NCBI GenBank assembly: GCA_054661495.1
Contig: BAAFSQ010000125.1
Location: 1-28,444 of the forward strand
Reading direction: 5' to 3'
DNA length: 28,444 nt
DNA from: Zygophlyctis sp. KS116
Taxonomy: Eukaryota; Fungi; Chytridiomycota
The translations under genes and the position numbers were made by a program. Shown in pieces: positions 9,414 through 23,837 of the stretch (the first letter of the stretch is position 1; each line of letters starts with the position of its first letter). The notes under the pieces were generated by a model. That model did no database searches. It was not told the DNA's origin and worked only from the letters and a program-made list of their open reading frames with translations.

Positions 9414-12400
9414 ATGAATGTTCCTTCACTCATAAACTTTCCTGCTAATGTTGGATGGGTTCTTCCTAGTTCTCAAGGTCTGTTTATATATCATGCTCCT
9501 GCATTCAATTCAGAGACTCTAAAGGATGTTTTTAACGATTATTTAAATTTGGCACATGATAAATACAATTCTGGGGATTTCTCTGGAGCTTATTTTCTAC
9601 TTCAGGAATGTCATAAAATGGATTCTAGTCATTTACCGACTTTATTACTCTTGGGATGCACTTGTTACTCTCTAAAGTATTATAATCTCTCTATTTTCTA
9701 CAATAATATGATTCTAGGAATAGATTCACAATTTGCAGAAGCGTATTCTAATCTAGCAACTACTCATAGAGCGATTGCTGAATTGTTTTCTCTAGAAAAT
9801 AATCAGGAATTTTCAAATTGTCACTTAAATTTAGCACTTCATTTCTATAAATCTGCTATTAAATTAAGGCCAAAGTACTGGGATGCAAATGTAAATTTAG
9901 CAGGATTGTTTTCTATTTTAGGAAGGATAGATGAGGCACTACTAGTTTATTCAAGTTTGGAAAATCATTTTGAATTTGAATTACAAGATTTTAGTTTAGA
10001 GGAAAATTTAGATGACTTGACTAGTTTAAAGAAAATAACAGAGTCAGAGATTAGAAGAAATTTAAATTCTTTTGGTTTTGATCAGGTAAAAATAGGATAA
10101 AATTTAGTAAATAGATTGGATTTACGCTTGAAAGAAGAAGAGATATTTCATTTGGAAAAGGGAATTTATATTTGGCTAAAAATAATATTGTAATGGCTAA
10201 ATTAGAGTTTTTTAAAGGAATCATAGTCTCTGGGATAGATTTATACGCGATTTTTATAAAATCTACATCTACAAATGCATTTCCAACATGTTTTATTACA
10301 AGAGAACAAGCTATAGATGCATTAAATAAGGTAGAACAGGGTTTAGTAGATAGAAAATTTCATATGGTGACATCTGCTATTCTACAAACACTAGCAAAAA
10401 TTTATCAAGATCATCATTATCTGAATGTAGCTATTGAATTATACTACTTATCTCTAAAATTATATCCTACTCCTTCTTCATGTAATAATTTAGGAATTAT
10501 TCTATCGCAACAGAGATTACAAGAGTCAATTCAATGGTATGAATTAGGTTTGACACTTGATCCGAAACATGTTCATTTGTATACAAATTTAGGATCAGCT
10601 TTTAAGGATATTGGACGTATTCATGATGGAATTTCAATGTATCAACAGGCTATTTCTATTCAGCCAGATTTTTATATAGCTCTTGCTAATCTTGCAAATG
10701 TTTATAAAGATCTTGGAGATGTTGAAGATGCTCTTACATTGTATAAAAGAGCCTTGGACGTGAAACCAGATTTTATTGAAGCTTTTTGTAACTTTGTAAA
10801 TTCTTCCTTTTTTATCTGTGATTGGGAAGATAGGGATCAGAAATTGAATTCTTTAAAACAGATTGTTATCAAGCAGTTAAAAGATGGGCTCAAATCTATC
10901 CCTCCACTTGTTCCAACAGTACTACCATTTCACACTTTTACATATTCAAATTTAGACGCATGGATAATCCGAGAAATAAGCAGAAGGAATGCTGATCGAA
11001 CGCTTTGGAATGTATTGTCTAGTGATTGGTTCCCTGGGTTTCCCTCCCCTCCTCTCAAAAGCATTTCCAATTCCTTAAACCCATCTCTTTATTACCCATA
11101 TCCAATACCGGAAAAAAGTGACATTTTAAGGATCGGATACGTTTCTTCAGACTTTGTTAATCACCCTCTAGCTCATTTAATGCAATCTGTTTTTGGATTT
11201 CACAATAGGAAAAAATTCAAAATATACGGCTATTCATTGTCTCCAGACGATAACTCCACTTTCCACAAAAAAATTCAAGAAAGTTGTGATGTTTTTAGGG
11301 ACGTTTCTAGCTGGCCAATCAAAGATATTGTTGAGCAAATAGCATTAGTAGATCATATTCATATTCTAGTAAATTTGAATGGCTATACCAAGGGCGGACG
11401 CAATGAAATATTTGCGGCGAGACCAGCTCCTTTAAATATGTCTGTTATGGGATATGCTGGCACTATGGGAGCCGGAACTGTTAATGATCCAGAGCATTGT
11501 CCCGACTCAAAAGTATTTGAAAATTCGTTTTTGCAAGATCTTTCAAGAAGATGGATGGACTATTTACTAGGAGATGATATCGTCTGCCCTCGAAAGTTCG
11601 TGTGCGGTGAAAGGTTGGAAGACTCTGACTTTGAGGGCCAAAGGATCGGAAACGCTTTTAAAAAGAATGATTCAAATCGTGTATATACAGAAGGAATTAT
11701 TTATATGCCTCATACGTATTTTGTTAATGACCATAGACAAGGTTTCAGAGAAGAGGAAGATCCTCAATTAGATGCATTATTTAAATCCGAGGCTTATAAA
11801 ATCAAAACTCTTGCACCTGATGAAGTGTATATAAGCCATGAGCAATGCATAAAATGGCGTAAAGAGCAAGTCAGGAGGATAAAAATGCGTCGAGAACTTT
11901 TTCCTAATTTGAAAGAAGACACTGTTATTTTTGCAAATTTTAATCAATTGTATAAGGTATTTAATACGAGTATCTTAATCATTAGTTGGATCCCGAAATA
12001 TTTGAGGTTTGGATGAATATTCTAAAAAGGCTACCAAATTCTGTCTTGTGGTTACTGAGGTTTCCTCATGCAGGAGAAAAGTATTTGATGCAAAAAGCTC
12101 GAAAATTAGTAGGCGAAGATGTTGCATCTAGAATTATTTTCACTGGTTAGTCTTACTAAGATAATAATGTTTTAGATGTGGCTCCAAAGCACCTTCATAT
12201 TGCACGAGGAAAAATAGCCGACATTTTTCTAGATACTCCTGAATGCAATGCCCATACAACCGCTGCTGATATTCTATGGAGTGGAACACCCCTTATTACA
12301 TTTCCTAAATATGACTTTAAAATGTGCTCTAGAGTAGCTGCATCTGTAGCCTTTGCAACAGGAACTTGGGGCAAATCCCCAAATCCTTGCAAATCTGCTT

Positions 12401-12789
12401 GCTCTTTTGCCAAATCCCTTGGTTCACCACGCTTGCAAGATATAGATCTTTTAGGACATTTGATGGTTGTAGATTCATACCAACAGTATGAGAGTCAAGC
12501 AATCTCTCTTGGATCAAGCCTTTCATGGTCGTGGAAGGCCTTGACTGGGGACCAAACAAAGCCATTAAAGTCTGAATACCCCTTGATTCCTGCTGATAAT
12601 CCTACACATATATATACATCTTTTGGCCTTTGCTCAAATCTAAGACAGTGTCTTTTCCTGAATAGAGAGTCTATGCCCCTTTTCGACACGGATAGATGGG
12701 TTCGAGACTATGAGACTGGATTATTGTTAGCATTTGAAAGATGGGAAAACTCATCTGGGGACTCTAGATGCATTCATATTAGTAAATAA
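9414..12789 (+). CDS. OGT: O-GlcNAc transferase (GT41, TPR repeats; OGT/SEC clade)
   Basis: TPRs followed by IGYVSSDFVNHPLAHLM, VNLNGYTKGGRNEIFAARPAP, NFNQLYK and DIFLDTPECNAHTTAADILWSGTP. Introns 10086-10114, 11957-11985, 12146-12175. Confidence 0.93.
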
Positions 12790-12847
12790 CACACCTACAT
12801 TAGCCCTTTTACAATCGAGGCAATCATTGTTTTTGAATAAATTGGCC

Positions 12848-13495
12848 ATGAAGGAAGACTTTTTAAATGAATTGCTCTCTGATATAATTATTGAAATAGT
12901 TTTTGAAGCTCATAAATGGAATAAAAGTAGAAACTCTAATTGTCAAGTCTGTCACAGTCGGTAACCATTCGGTCATGTTAATCTTAGTTGTCAATCTTTT
13001 GTCATCATGCCTTCTGTCGATATTTATGGGCAGCCAAGAGATGCAAACACTGAAAAACATGACTGTCCTAGCTGTGAAATTGCATATCCGGCATGCAGAT
13101 TTGCCCCGCATCTAGAGAAATGCATGGGACTCGGGCGAAGGATTGGAAGGAGAATCACTGCATCGACATCTCTGGACAGGTTCCCATCTCCATCTAGGAT
13201 CTCTGAGGATGATGAAGAGGAATTTTTAATTCAACCGATTGATAGGAAGAAGAAGCCAAAATCTGCAAAGAAGATTAAAATCGAAAAGGTAAATCTGATC
13301 ATTAATGCTAGGATATCCCTCAGTCTGATTTACTACTAGGGGATTTAGTTTTTGACGATCAATCCTTGTGGGGACCAATGGCTGATACGGCCGAAGATGA
13401 TTTTACGACATCATTTATGGGTATCATTTTAAATTTATAAATAAATAGAGCTAGACGAAAGCAAGGAAATGTTATTTGAAAACGTTTCACTTTAA
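12848..13495 (+). CDS. SGF11: SAGA deubiquitination module subunit Sgf11
   Basis: Zinc finger CPSC..ACRFAPHLEKCMGLGR, DIYGQ motif and N-terminal LLSDIIIEIVFEAH helix. Introns 12961-12987, 13289-13311, 13421-13448. The last intron is less certain; without it the stop is at 13440. Confidence 0.88.
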
Positions 13496-14899
13496 AACAA
13501 TAGCGCACCCATTTGATGTGGCTCAAGTGGTTTTAACTTGTAATTGTAAAAGTAATAGAATAAGTTTGCATTACCTATATTAAAATGAAGTTCTTTGGTA
13601 AATGACATATTGTCTCCAAGACCAACACAATTAAAGACATCAAATTCATTCTTTGGGATTAAAACGGTTACTCTTACCTTTTTGGCAATACATAATGCAT
13701 CAGACACTAACTGCGCCATTCTTTTAGCATCATTTCCATTATCTTTGGGAACGATATAGTACAAAAAAGCACTCTTTAATGTTGAATACTTTGAATTGTT
13801 GGTAATTGCTCCGTCAATTGAGTAAAATGATATAAAATCAGTTAATTGATGAGAATCTGGATCCTAATATTAAAACAATGAATTAAACCTCGACTACAAA
13901 AGAAAAGATTGTATCTTCCACTGGCAAAAATTTAGAATGTGTTTCCTTTGCAGAAAAAACAGGCGCAACTTCAAACTTTTGCAAATATGAATTCAATAAT
14001 TTTCGGACTTGTTTTACATCTCTCTCTTCCATCTTTCGCCATCCAGGAATATTTGTGCTCTAAATATAAGAAATATGTCTGTAATTTACATCAGAAACTT
14101 TTAAAAGACGAGTTAGTCGAGATATAGTTTGATTTGGCTTTAGTGAGGAATATCCAATATCAGTCAGTTTTTTTGGATTTAAACTACGATGAAAATATCT
14201 AACAGACGCAATGGGTGTTGGTGTAAAGCGCCCGGAAGTAGCAAAAGCCTGGAAATATCCTTGCAGATTACATATTCTTGCTAATTCCTTGATCAACAAG
14301 GGTGATAATCTCTTGTCGCGTAGTTTCTTGTGAACACACATGAGATTTACAAATGCCATTGGATTTGAGCTTGTCCGAATTCGAAGTGTACCTGGATAAG
14401 CAGTAATAAATCCAACCAACTTTTTGTTTGATTTTACTTGCACTCCTAAATTCCATTTTTTAAAGGCCTCATCAGACACCAATCCCCTTTGCATGAGAGA
14501 TATATAATTACCATTTTAAGATTGCCATTGAATACTCAAATCGAAAGCCCAACTGTACATTTTCAACATAGTTGTCTTTAAGAAATTCATAAACTTCATT
14601 CATTCTAGAATTTAAGTCAATCACGACCCATTCAAAATCATTGGGAAGCGGCAACGGTTCAGTTGAAACTTTATCAATGGTTATGTTAGCATCTAATGGC
14701 CCTTCTTCCAATATTGGATCTTCTGATTTTTTAAATATTATAATTTACCAATTCTAGTCACTGGAATTGTTGACCAAAACTTGAAATCTTCAGTTTTGGT
14801 CTTTGGCTGTGTGGACACATTCAACTTGTCTTTAGGGAATGGACTTACTTTTGCTAACAAATCTTGCATATTAGACACTTGATTGTCCTTGATAGTCAT
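13492..14899 (-). CDS. Divergent N-myristoyltransferase-like paralog (NMT-B)
   Basis: Motifs FKFWSTIPV, NYVE, CVHKKLRDKRL, YFHRSLNPKKL and FDVFN. Introns 14723-14748, 14487-14511, 14060-14089, 13864-13888, 13651-13677 give an open full-length frame ending MGALLF*. Confidence 0.88.
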
Positions 14900-14919
14900 T
14901 AAAAATCAAAAGTAGAGAG

Positions 14920-14938
14920 TCGGACAAATCCTGTCCGA
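14920..14938. promoter_or_regulatory. Palindrome TCGGACA-N5-TGTCCGA (contains CGG-N11-CCG) between the NMT genes
   Basis: Perfect 7-bp inverted repeat in a 46-nt intergenic gap. The spacing equals that of Gal4-type Zn2Cys6 sites. Function is inferred only. Confidence 0.4.
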
Positions 14939-14945
14939 AAGTGTA

Positions 14946-16348
14946 TTAGAGTAGAACTAAACCAATTTCATGAGTTTCTAAAGGTCTGATTCTGTAATTG
15001 TAAAGATAAAAATTAAGATTTCCATCTCCTCTCAAGAAACGTAATTCATCAATAAAATCACCATTTCTCATCAAATCCAGTGCATTAAACACATCAAAAT
15101 CATTCTAAAATTTGAAAATAAATAAATTACCTGTTTAGCAGATATAAGAGCATCTTTGGCTAAACTGATTAGTCTTTTTGGATCTTTTCCGTTATCTTTT
15201 GGAACATAATAATAAAGATACGCCACATTTAATACCGAGTATTTACTAGATTGTAAAATAGATGAAGGAAGATTATAATATGAAATAAAATCTGTCACTA
15301 ATTTAGAAGATGGATCCTACCATTGTTAGTTTCAGAAACTTTATAAACATACCTCTACCACAAAAGAAAACATTACCTTTTCACGGGGTAAAAACCAATG
15401 CTGTACTTCTTCTTCTGAAAACTCTGCAGCTACAGAAAATGTTTTCAAGTATGAATTTAAAAGTTTTGTGACTTGTTTCACATCCTTTTCTTGCATTGAT
15501 CTCCAACCAGGAATTAAAGGTTCCTAAAAGTAAATATTATTTTAAAATTACTCTTGGCAATTTCAAGAGTCTAGTCAACTTTTCTATTGTTTCGCCACTT
15601 CTTAAACCACAAAATCCAACTTCTACCAACTTTTTAGGATTAAGATTCCTATGAAAGTAGGTACATGTAGTAATTGGAGTTGGTAATCGCATTCCAGCTG
15701 TATACGTAGCTTGAAAAATCCCATTTAAATTTATTCTTCTAGTAATCTCCTTTATTAAGACTGGTGCGAGCCGTTTTGTCCTTAATTTCTTATGAACACA
15801 AAGAAAATTAATTTCTACTACTTTTTGTGTATGATTTCTTAGCCTTAGAGTCCCAGGAACTCCACTAATAAACCCAACCAACTTTTTATTTGCAACAACC
15901 TGAATATTAAAAAAGTCTATATACCTGAACTCCAACAACCCAATCTTTAGACCATCCAGGAGGTTCTAATGCCCTATAAAATTAAAAAAAGAATCTAAAC
16001 TTTCCATTTAAGAAATTCAGCAGAATAATCAAATCTAAATGATTCTGAATCATCTTCGACATAATTATTTGACAAGAGTTCATACACCTCTTGAATTCTA
16101 GACTCTAGATCCACTGTCACCCATTCAAATTCTTTTGGCAATGGAAACGATTCCTTTGATATCATATCGACAGTTTTTAAATCGATCGGTCCTTCCTGTT
16201 CAACAACTTCCTCCAGTTTGACGACTGGCTGAGAATTCCAAAACTTGTGATCGCTTGTACTTTTAAGAGTTTTTGATCCTGAGACTCCCATCTTTTCTAG
16301 CATTGCAGCTACTTTTAACATTTTATCATTTTGATCGTTTGAATCCAT
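14946..16348 (-). CDS. NMT1: Glycylpeptide N-tetradecanoyltransferase (canonical NMT)
   Basis: Motifs HKFWNSQPV, NYVEDD..FRFDYS, EINFLCVHKKLR, TYTAG, GDGNL and C-terminal IGLVLL*. Introns 15974-16004 (GA-AG), 15900-15924, 15524-15551, 15317-15352, 15105-15130. Confidence 0.93.
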
Positions 16349-16545
16349 TTTTTTACACACCCTTGCAAGCGCCTTGACGCTTTAAAATACAACTGAAATA
16401 CTCTCTCTTATAATTTTCAAAATCAAATCAAATATTGCAATATTAGATTAGATCTTTTTGAAATTGTCAAGCATCAGACTCCAAGAAAAATTTTACTGCA
16501 AAGCACTTGTTACCAAATGTTTGGATTTAAATTTGGAACAAATCG

Positions 16546-16577
16546 GCGCGTTTCTGCGCGTTTGAAAGTTCGCGTTT
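16546..16577 (+). promoter_or_regulatory. Three CGCGTTT elements in the divergent NMT1/GSK3 promoter
   Basis: CGCGTTT at 16547, 16557 and 16571 in AT-rich context. The CGCG core resembles MCB/SCB/E2F-type sites. Confidence 0.45.
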
Positions 16578-16626
16578 TTAATTAAAATCCGTCGTCAGTC
16601 AATCGCTTAAATATCTGGGATTCTAA

Positions 16627-17976
<1,350 letters not shown>

Positions 17977-18043
17977 GTTTAGATGCATCTTCTTGTAAAA
18001 ATGAACTTTTTTGAATTTGATTGAGTTTGTGACACGTTGACAA

Positions 18044-19883
18044 ATGAATTCCTTAAAGGATCGCCTGCTATTGAATCCATTAAAAGCTGGAACTAGTGCC
18101 GATGGGCTAGATAAGATCAAGGAAACTATTTATAACGCTTCGCAGGTATAAGACTGTTTACTTATTAAAGGGGTCTGCATTCTTTGCTAATGAACAAAGA
18201 AAGGATACAGAAATTGAGAAACAAGTAGCGGCGATGGTTGCTCAGTTTAATGATTATAAAAAATTAGATTTAACGGTCGAAGAATCGGTTGTTGCTGCTC
18301 ATGCGCAAAAACTAAATAATGATTTTGGGCGTTGGATTGTACATATTGATATGGATGCATTTTACGCCGCTGTAGAGGAGCTGGAAAGGCCTGATTTGAA
18401 ATGGAAGCCAATGGCTGTGGGTGGCACTTCAATGTTATGTACAGCAAATTATGAAGCAAGAAAGTATGGGGTACGCTCGGCTATGCCTGGATATATTGCA
18501 AAGAAATTATGTCCAGAGCTTATTCTGATTGAGCCACATTTTGAAAAGTACGAATTAGTCGCAACGGAAATAAGATCTATTTTAGCAAGATACGATCAAA
18601 ATTACAAGTATATTATATTATCATTCAAATTTAGAGCTGTATCTCTAGATGAAGCGTATTTGGATCTGACTAGTTATCAAGGAAACACTATTGAAAGTGT
18701 GGAAGATATTGTAAGGAAAATACGTGAAGAAATATTTGAGTAAATGACGGTTTCTAATATTAGAGCAACTAGACTGACGGCGAGTGCTGGGATATCTCAT
18801 AATCTCATGTTGGCAAAGGTGTGCTCAGGTATATTAATATTTTCTAAACTAAGACATGAATAAGCCAAATGGTCAGTACTTACTACCGAGAAATGAAGAA
18901 TCTGTATTGGACTTTTTGAGTAAACTTTCAATCAGAAAAGTTCCTAGAATAGGAAGAGTATTGGAACGCATTTTGAATGGATTGGGGATAGCATATTGTG
19001 CTGATTTGGTACTGTCATTTTATGCTCACTTACAATAGATGCCAAATCTAGTATATTTATACAAACTTTTCTCGCCAGTGACATTTAAATTTCTGTTACA
19101 AACTGCTCATGGCGTATCAGACAATGTTTTGCCAGTGTAATCAATACTTATATCATTTACTGTTAGAGGAGGAAATAGAAAAGGTATGAGTATTGAAAAT
19201 ACTTTCTCGACCATGACAGATGAAAAGGATATGATGAACAAAATTCATGAGCTTTCAGTGGCACTTTCAAAAGATTTGCAATCCGAAAAATTACAAGGAA
19301 AAACAGTTACACTGAAGTTGAAGACAGATCAATTTCAAATAATCACTCGCTCACGTTCATGCGATTCTTATATTTGGAAAGCCGATCAAATTGATTCAAT
19401 CGCTAAATCGGTAAACGTTATCTATTAATGATAGCTTTTAAAAGCAGAACTAGGAAAGAACGACTTAAGCCTGCGATTGATTGGGATTCGTTTGTCAAAT
19501 TTCAGAGCTTCGGATGAAGGAACAATAGCAAAGTTTTTTCCAAAACAAAATGCTAAACCCCTACTGGAACCATTTGTTTGTCCGATATGTAATGAGAATA
19601 TTTTTTCAAAGGATGAATTAGTCCTGTCTGATCATGTTATTGCTTGCTCTTCTACTGATCAACCCTTTAAAGTAAGCATTACTATTTGACGTTCTAGGAA
19701 ATCTCTCGTAAAAAGGTAAAATCCAATCGGGGTGTTTCAATCATGGACTTTTTTCAAAAGGAAACAAACAATAATAGTAAAATTACCACAAAATGCCCTA
19801 TTTGCAACCAGACTCAAGATTTCAAGAATGAAAAAGACCTTAATAATCATGTAGATAAGTGTATTGATATGTATGCCTGCTAA
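18044..19883 (+). CDS. POLK: DNA polymerase kappa (Y-family, DinB orthologue) with two C-terminal UBZ-type fingers
   Basis: N-clasp (IYNASQGSAFF), HIDMDAFYAAVE, TANYEARKYGVRSAMPG, SLDEAYLD, SDMNKPNGQ and two CPIC..H..C motifs. Introns 18146-18170, 18608-18634, 18740-18763, 18829-18853, 19009-19038, 19137-19166, 19411-19434, 19671-19697. Confidence 0.93.
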
Positions 19884-19970
19884 ATTTGGACCACCCCTCC
19901 CTCATGACATAACGCCACCACCTGAAACTTTCGGATAATCCTTGTCATTTATCATCTGCACTAACAATAA

Positions 19971-20340
<370 letters not shown>

Positions 20341-20526
20341 ACGGTCTATTTGCATCAGTAAGAACAGTTAACAATTCAATAGTAAGAGTATTTTTCTATT
20401 AAAATTCAATAAATGAATCATTTCTTTCCATATTCATTCAAGTCGACTGATAAGAATTGATCTGCTCAGCAAATTTTTCTTGCTCTTATCAGAAAAAAAG
20501 GTAATTCAATGAGTCTGATAATTTAG

Positions 20527-20870
<344 letters not shown>

Positions 20871-20955
20871 TTTTAGATTTGTTTAGACTTATAAATTGAT
20901 TGCTTTGATTTAATTAATCCAGCGCCACTTGCCGCTATAATTAGATTCTAAAAAT

Positions 20956-23767
20956 ATGAACAATTCTAATAATGATCAAAGACTTTCTCAATTCCCTTCG
21001 CAATCAGTCCCTTCTCAACAAACGTTGAATGGTCAAGAAACATCTGGAGAAACTAGCACTGATTGGATAGATTACAGCCCACAGCTCCAAGCCAGTCAGC
21101 CAATTCCACCAGCCAGGTCAGGACATATCGCACAAGGGAATATGATGCCAGAAGCTATGCCTCCTGGAAATATGCCTCATGATACAAGATTCAATGCTGA
21201 TCAAAATCGCTACAGTTTTTTGCCACCGACCAATAATCTGCAGCTCTTCGATTCAACTGCAAACAATAGTCAATTATCATTGTTTTCTAATGCTGATTCA
21301 AACATGTTTGCTCTTTCTGATAATTCAGGTGGGGGTAGACTTTTTGATTATGATAAACATGAGTCTATTATGCTAGATCCCAGATCAATACCCTTGTTAA
21401 ATAGGCGTCAGACAGTGCGATATATCCCTTTGACGCCTCAAGGGAATTTGGTGATTGATGTTCCTGTAGCAGAGAAAGTGATGGAGTTTTCTAGTTTTAA
21501 AACTAGAGAATTTACTCATACAAGATATACAGCAGTTACATGCGGGGCTGACGATTTTGCTAAAAAAGGATATGCTCTTCGACAACAGGAAATTGGAAGA
21601 CAGACAGAAATTTTTATTGTAGTAACCATGTACAACGAAGATCACTTTTTATTTAGCAAAACAATGGCCGCTTTGATGAAAAATATAAATTATCTTTGCT
21701 CTCTCAAAAATTCTAAAATGTGGGGAGCTGATGGATGGAAAAAAGTGGTTGTTTGTATTGTATCTGATGGGCGAAGCAAAATAAGTAGAAAAGTTCTGGA
21801 TGTACTAGGGATCATGGGTGTTTTCCAAGACGGAATAATGAAGGATTCTGTAAATGAAGATCCAGTTACGGCACATCTATTTGAATACACTACCCAAATT
21901 TGTGTCACCAAAGATTTGAGAGTTTATGGTAGCGAAACTGGGTATGTTCCAATGCAGGTTCTTTTCTGTCTGAAAGAAAAAAATGCCAAAAAGGTATGAT
22001 TCTGATTTCACTAATTGTAGATTAATTCTCATCGTTGGTTTTTTAATGCATTCGGTGCTTTATTGCGACCCAAAATATGTGTTTTGATTGACGTTGGTAC
22101 CAAGCCCAGTGAACGCTCGTTGTATTATCTATGGGAGGAATTTGATGCCAACAGGAATGTTGGTGGAGCCTGTGGTGAAATTTATGCAGATTTGGGAGCT
22201 GGCTGTTCTAAACTTTTAAATCCCATCGTCGGCGCTCAGAACTTTGAATACAAAACTAGCAATATATTGGATAAGCCATTGGAATCGGTTTTTGGATACA
22301 TTAGTGTTTTACCAGGTGCATTTTCTGCTTATCGGTATGAAGCCCTGCAAGGAGCTCCCTTGATAAAATATTTTAGAGGGGAGACCATGCATGGCGGGAA
22401 TAATGTTTTTGCGGCTAACATGTTTTTGGTAAAGTTTATTTAATTAATTATAGGCTGAAGATCGTATTCTTTGTTTTGAAGTGGTCACAAAGCGAAACGC
22501 TGCATGGACGCTGGAATATGTGAAAAATGCTAAAGCTGAAACAGATGTACCCAATAATGCCGCCGAGTTCATTTCCCAACGGCGCCGATGGATGAATGGT
22601 TCGTTTGCTGCTACTCTAAACGCTCTTTTACATTGGAGCTATATCTATCGTTCAGACCACAGTGTGTTGCGTAAATTCTTCTTGACGCTTCAAATGGTTT
22701 ATAACTTTTTGATTTTGGCGTTTGGGGTATGATTTTTACGGTTATTGATCTTTAGTGGTTCCTTTTATCATCTCTTTATCTCGGGTTTTATTTTATAGCT
22801 CAGTCAGATTTTTCTCAAGGTCCTGATCCTTTCTTTGGTTCCAAAGATCTAATATTTTCTGTGTTAAAAGGCCTTTACGTGATGGCAGTCATGATTATAG
22901 TTATATGCTCGCTCGGGAATCGCCCACAAGGCACCAAATGGGTTTATATTCTGTGCATGTGGCTCTTTGCGATTGTAACCGTAGCAATGGTTTATCTGAG
23001 TGTTTTCAGTTTTGTCATAACGTTAAATGCTGTTGAAAAAGGAAATATACTACAAAATCCTGTTCTTAGAGATCTTTTGATTGCTGGATTTTCTATGATT
23101 GGTATATATTTTATTTCTGGTATTGCATATTTGGATCCGTGGCATTGTATTACTAGCTTTGTGCAGTATACTCTTTTCTTTATGTGTTATCCAAATATTT
23201 TGAATGTTTATGCTTGTAAGATTAAAATTTTCTAATAAGCTAGTTTGTAATCTTCACGATGTTAGCTGGGGTACAAAAGGAGACAATGTTGCAGCTTCAT
23301 TAGGTGGAGTGCAAGTCATCAACAAGGATGGAAAAGAAATGGTTTCTGTGGCCCTTCCTTCTCATCGCAAGGACATAAATTCCAATTATGATGTTTTTTA
23401 TGAAGAATTAAAGGCTCCAGAAGAGGAAGCGCCTTCTATCGATAAAAAGACTAAACAGGAGGATTATTTCCGTAGTTTCCGTACTTATACTGTTCTCTTA
23501 TGGTTCTTTTCAAATGGAATTGTGATAGTAGCACTAACAAATGAAGCCGCATATTCCTTATTTTTCAAGACACAACTGCCAATTACTAAAGGGGGTGAAT
23601 TCAATCCCTATTTAAGGGTAATTATGATTATTATTTAATTTTAGTTTCTCTTCTATTTTGTGGCTTTAATTTCATTAACACGAATCACAGGATCCATTTT
23701 GTACTTGGTTAAATCTTATTCAACCCAGTTGTTTAGAAATGTGAAGTATTCAATAAAAAGGGCGTGA
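20956..23767 (+). CDS. CHS: Chitin synthase, division 1 (GT2), copy A
   Basis: Motifs [54 protein letters not shown] and HDVSWGTKG. Introns 21994-22020, 22429-22453, 22727-22755, 23216-23243, 23618-23644. Confidence 0.95.
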
Positions 23768-23837
23768 TCTGACATGAACTAAAAATAGATGTGACCTAAA
23801 ATGGACGCCACCATTGTAATTGATAAACAAAAGTAAA

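Noticed and set aside
9414-12789. SPINDLY-type O-fucosyltransferase, or a UDP-GlcNAc gene cluster with the chitin synthases
   Set aside because: Motifs (SSDF.NHP..HLM, GYTKG.RNE, FNQLYK, N.HTT) fit the OGT/SEC clade. The CHS genes are 8 kb away with unrelated genes between, so clustering is unsupported.
18044-19883. Bacterial dinB acquired horizontally
   Set aside because: N-clasp, two UBZ-type fingers and eight introns mark it as eukaryotic Pol kappa.
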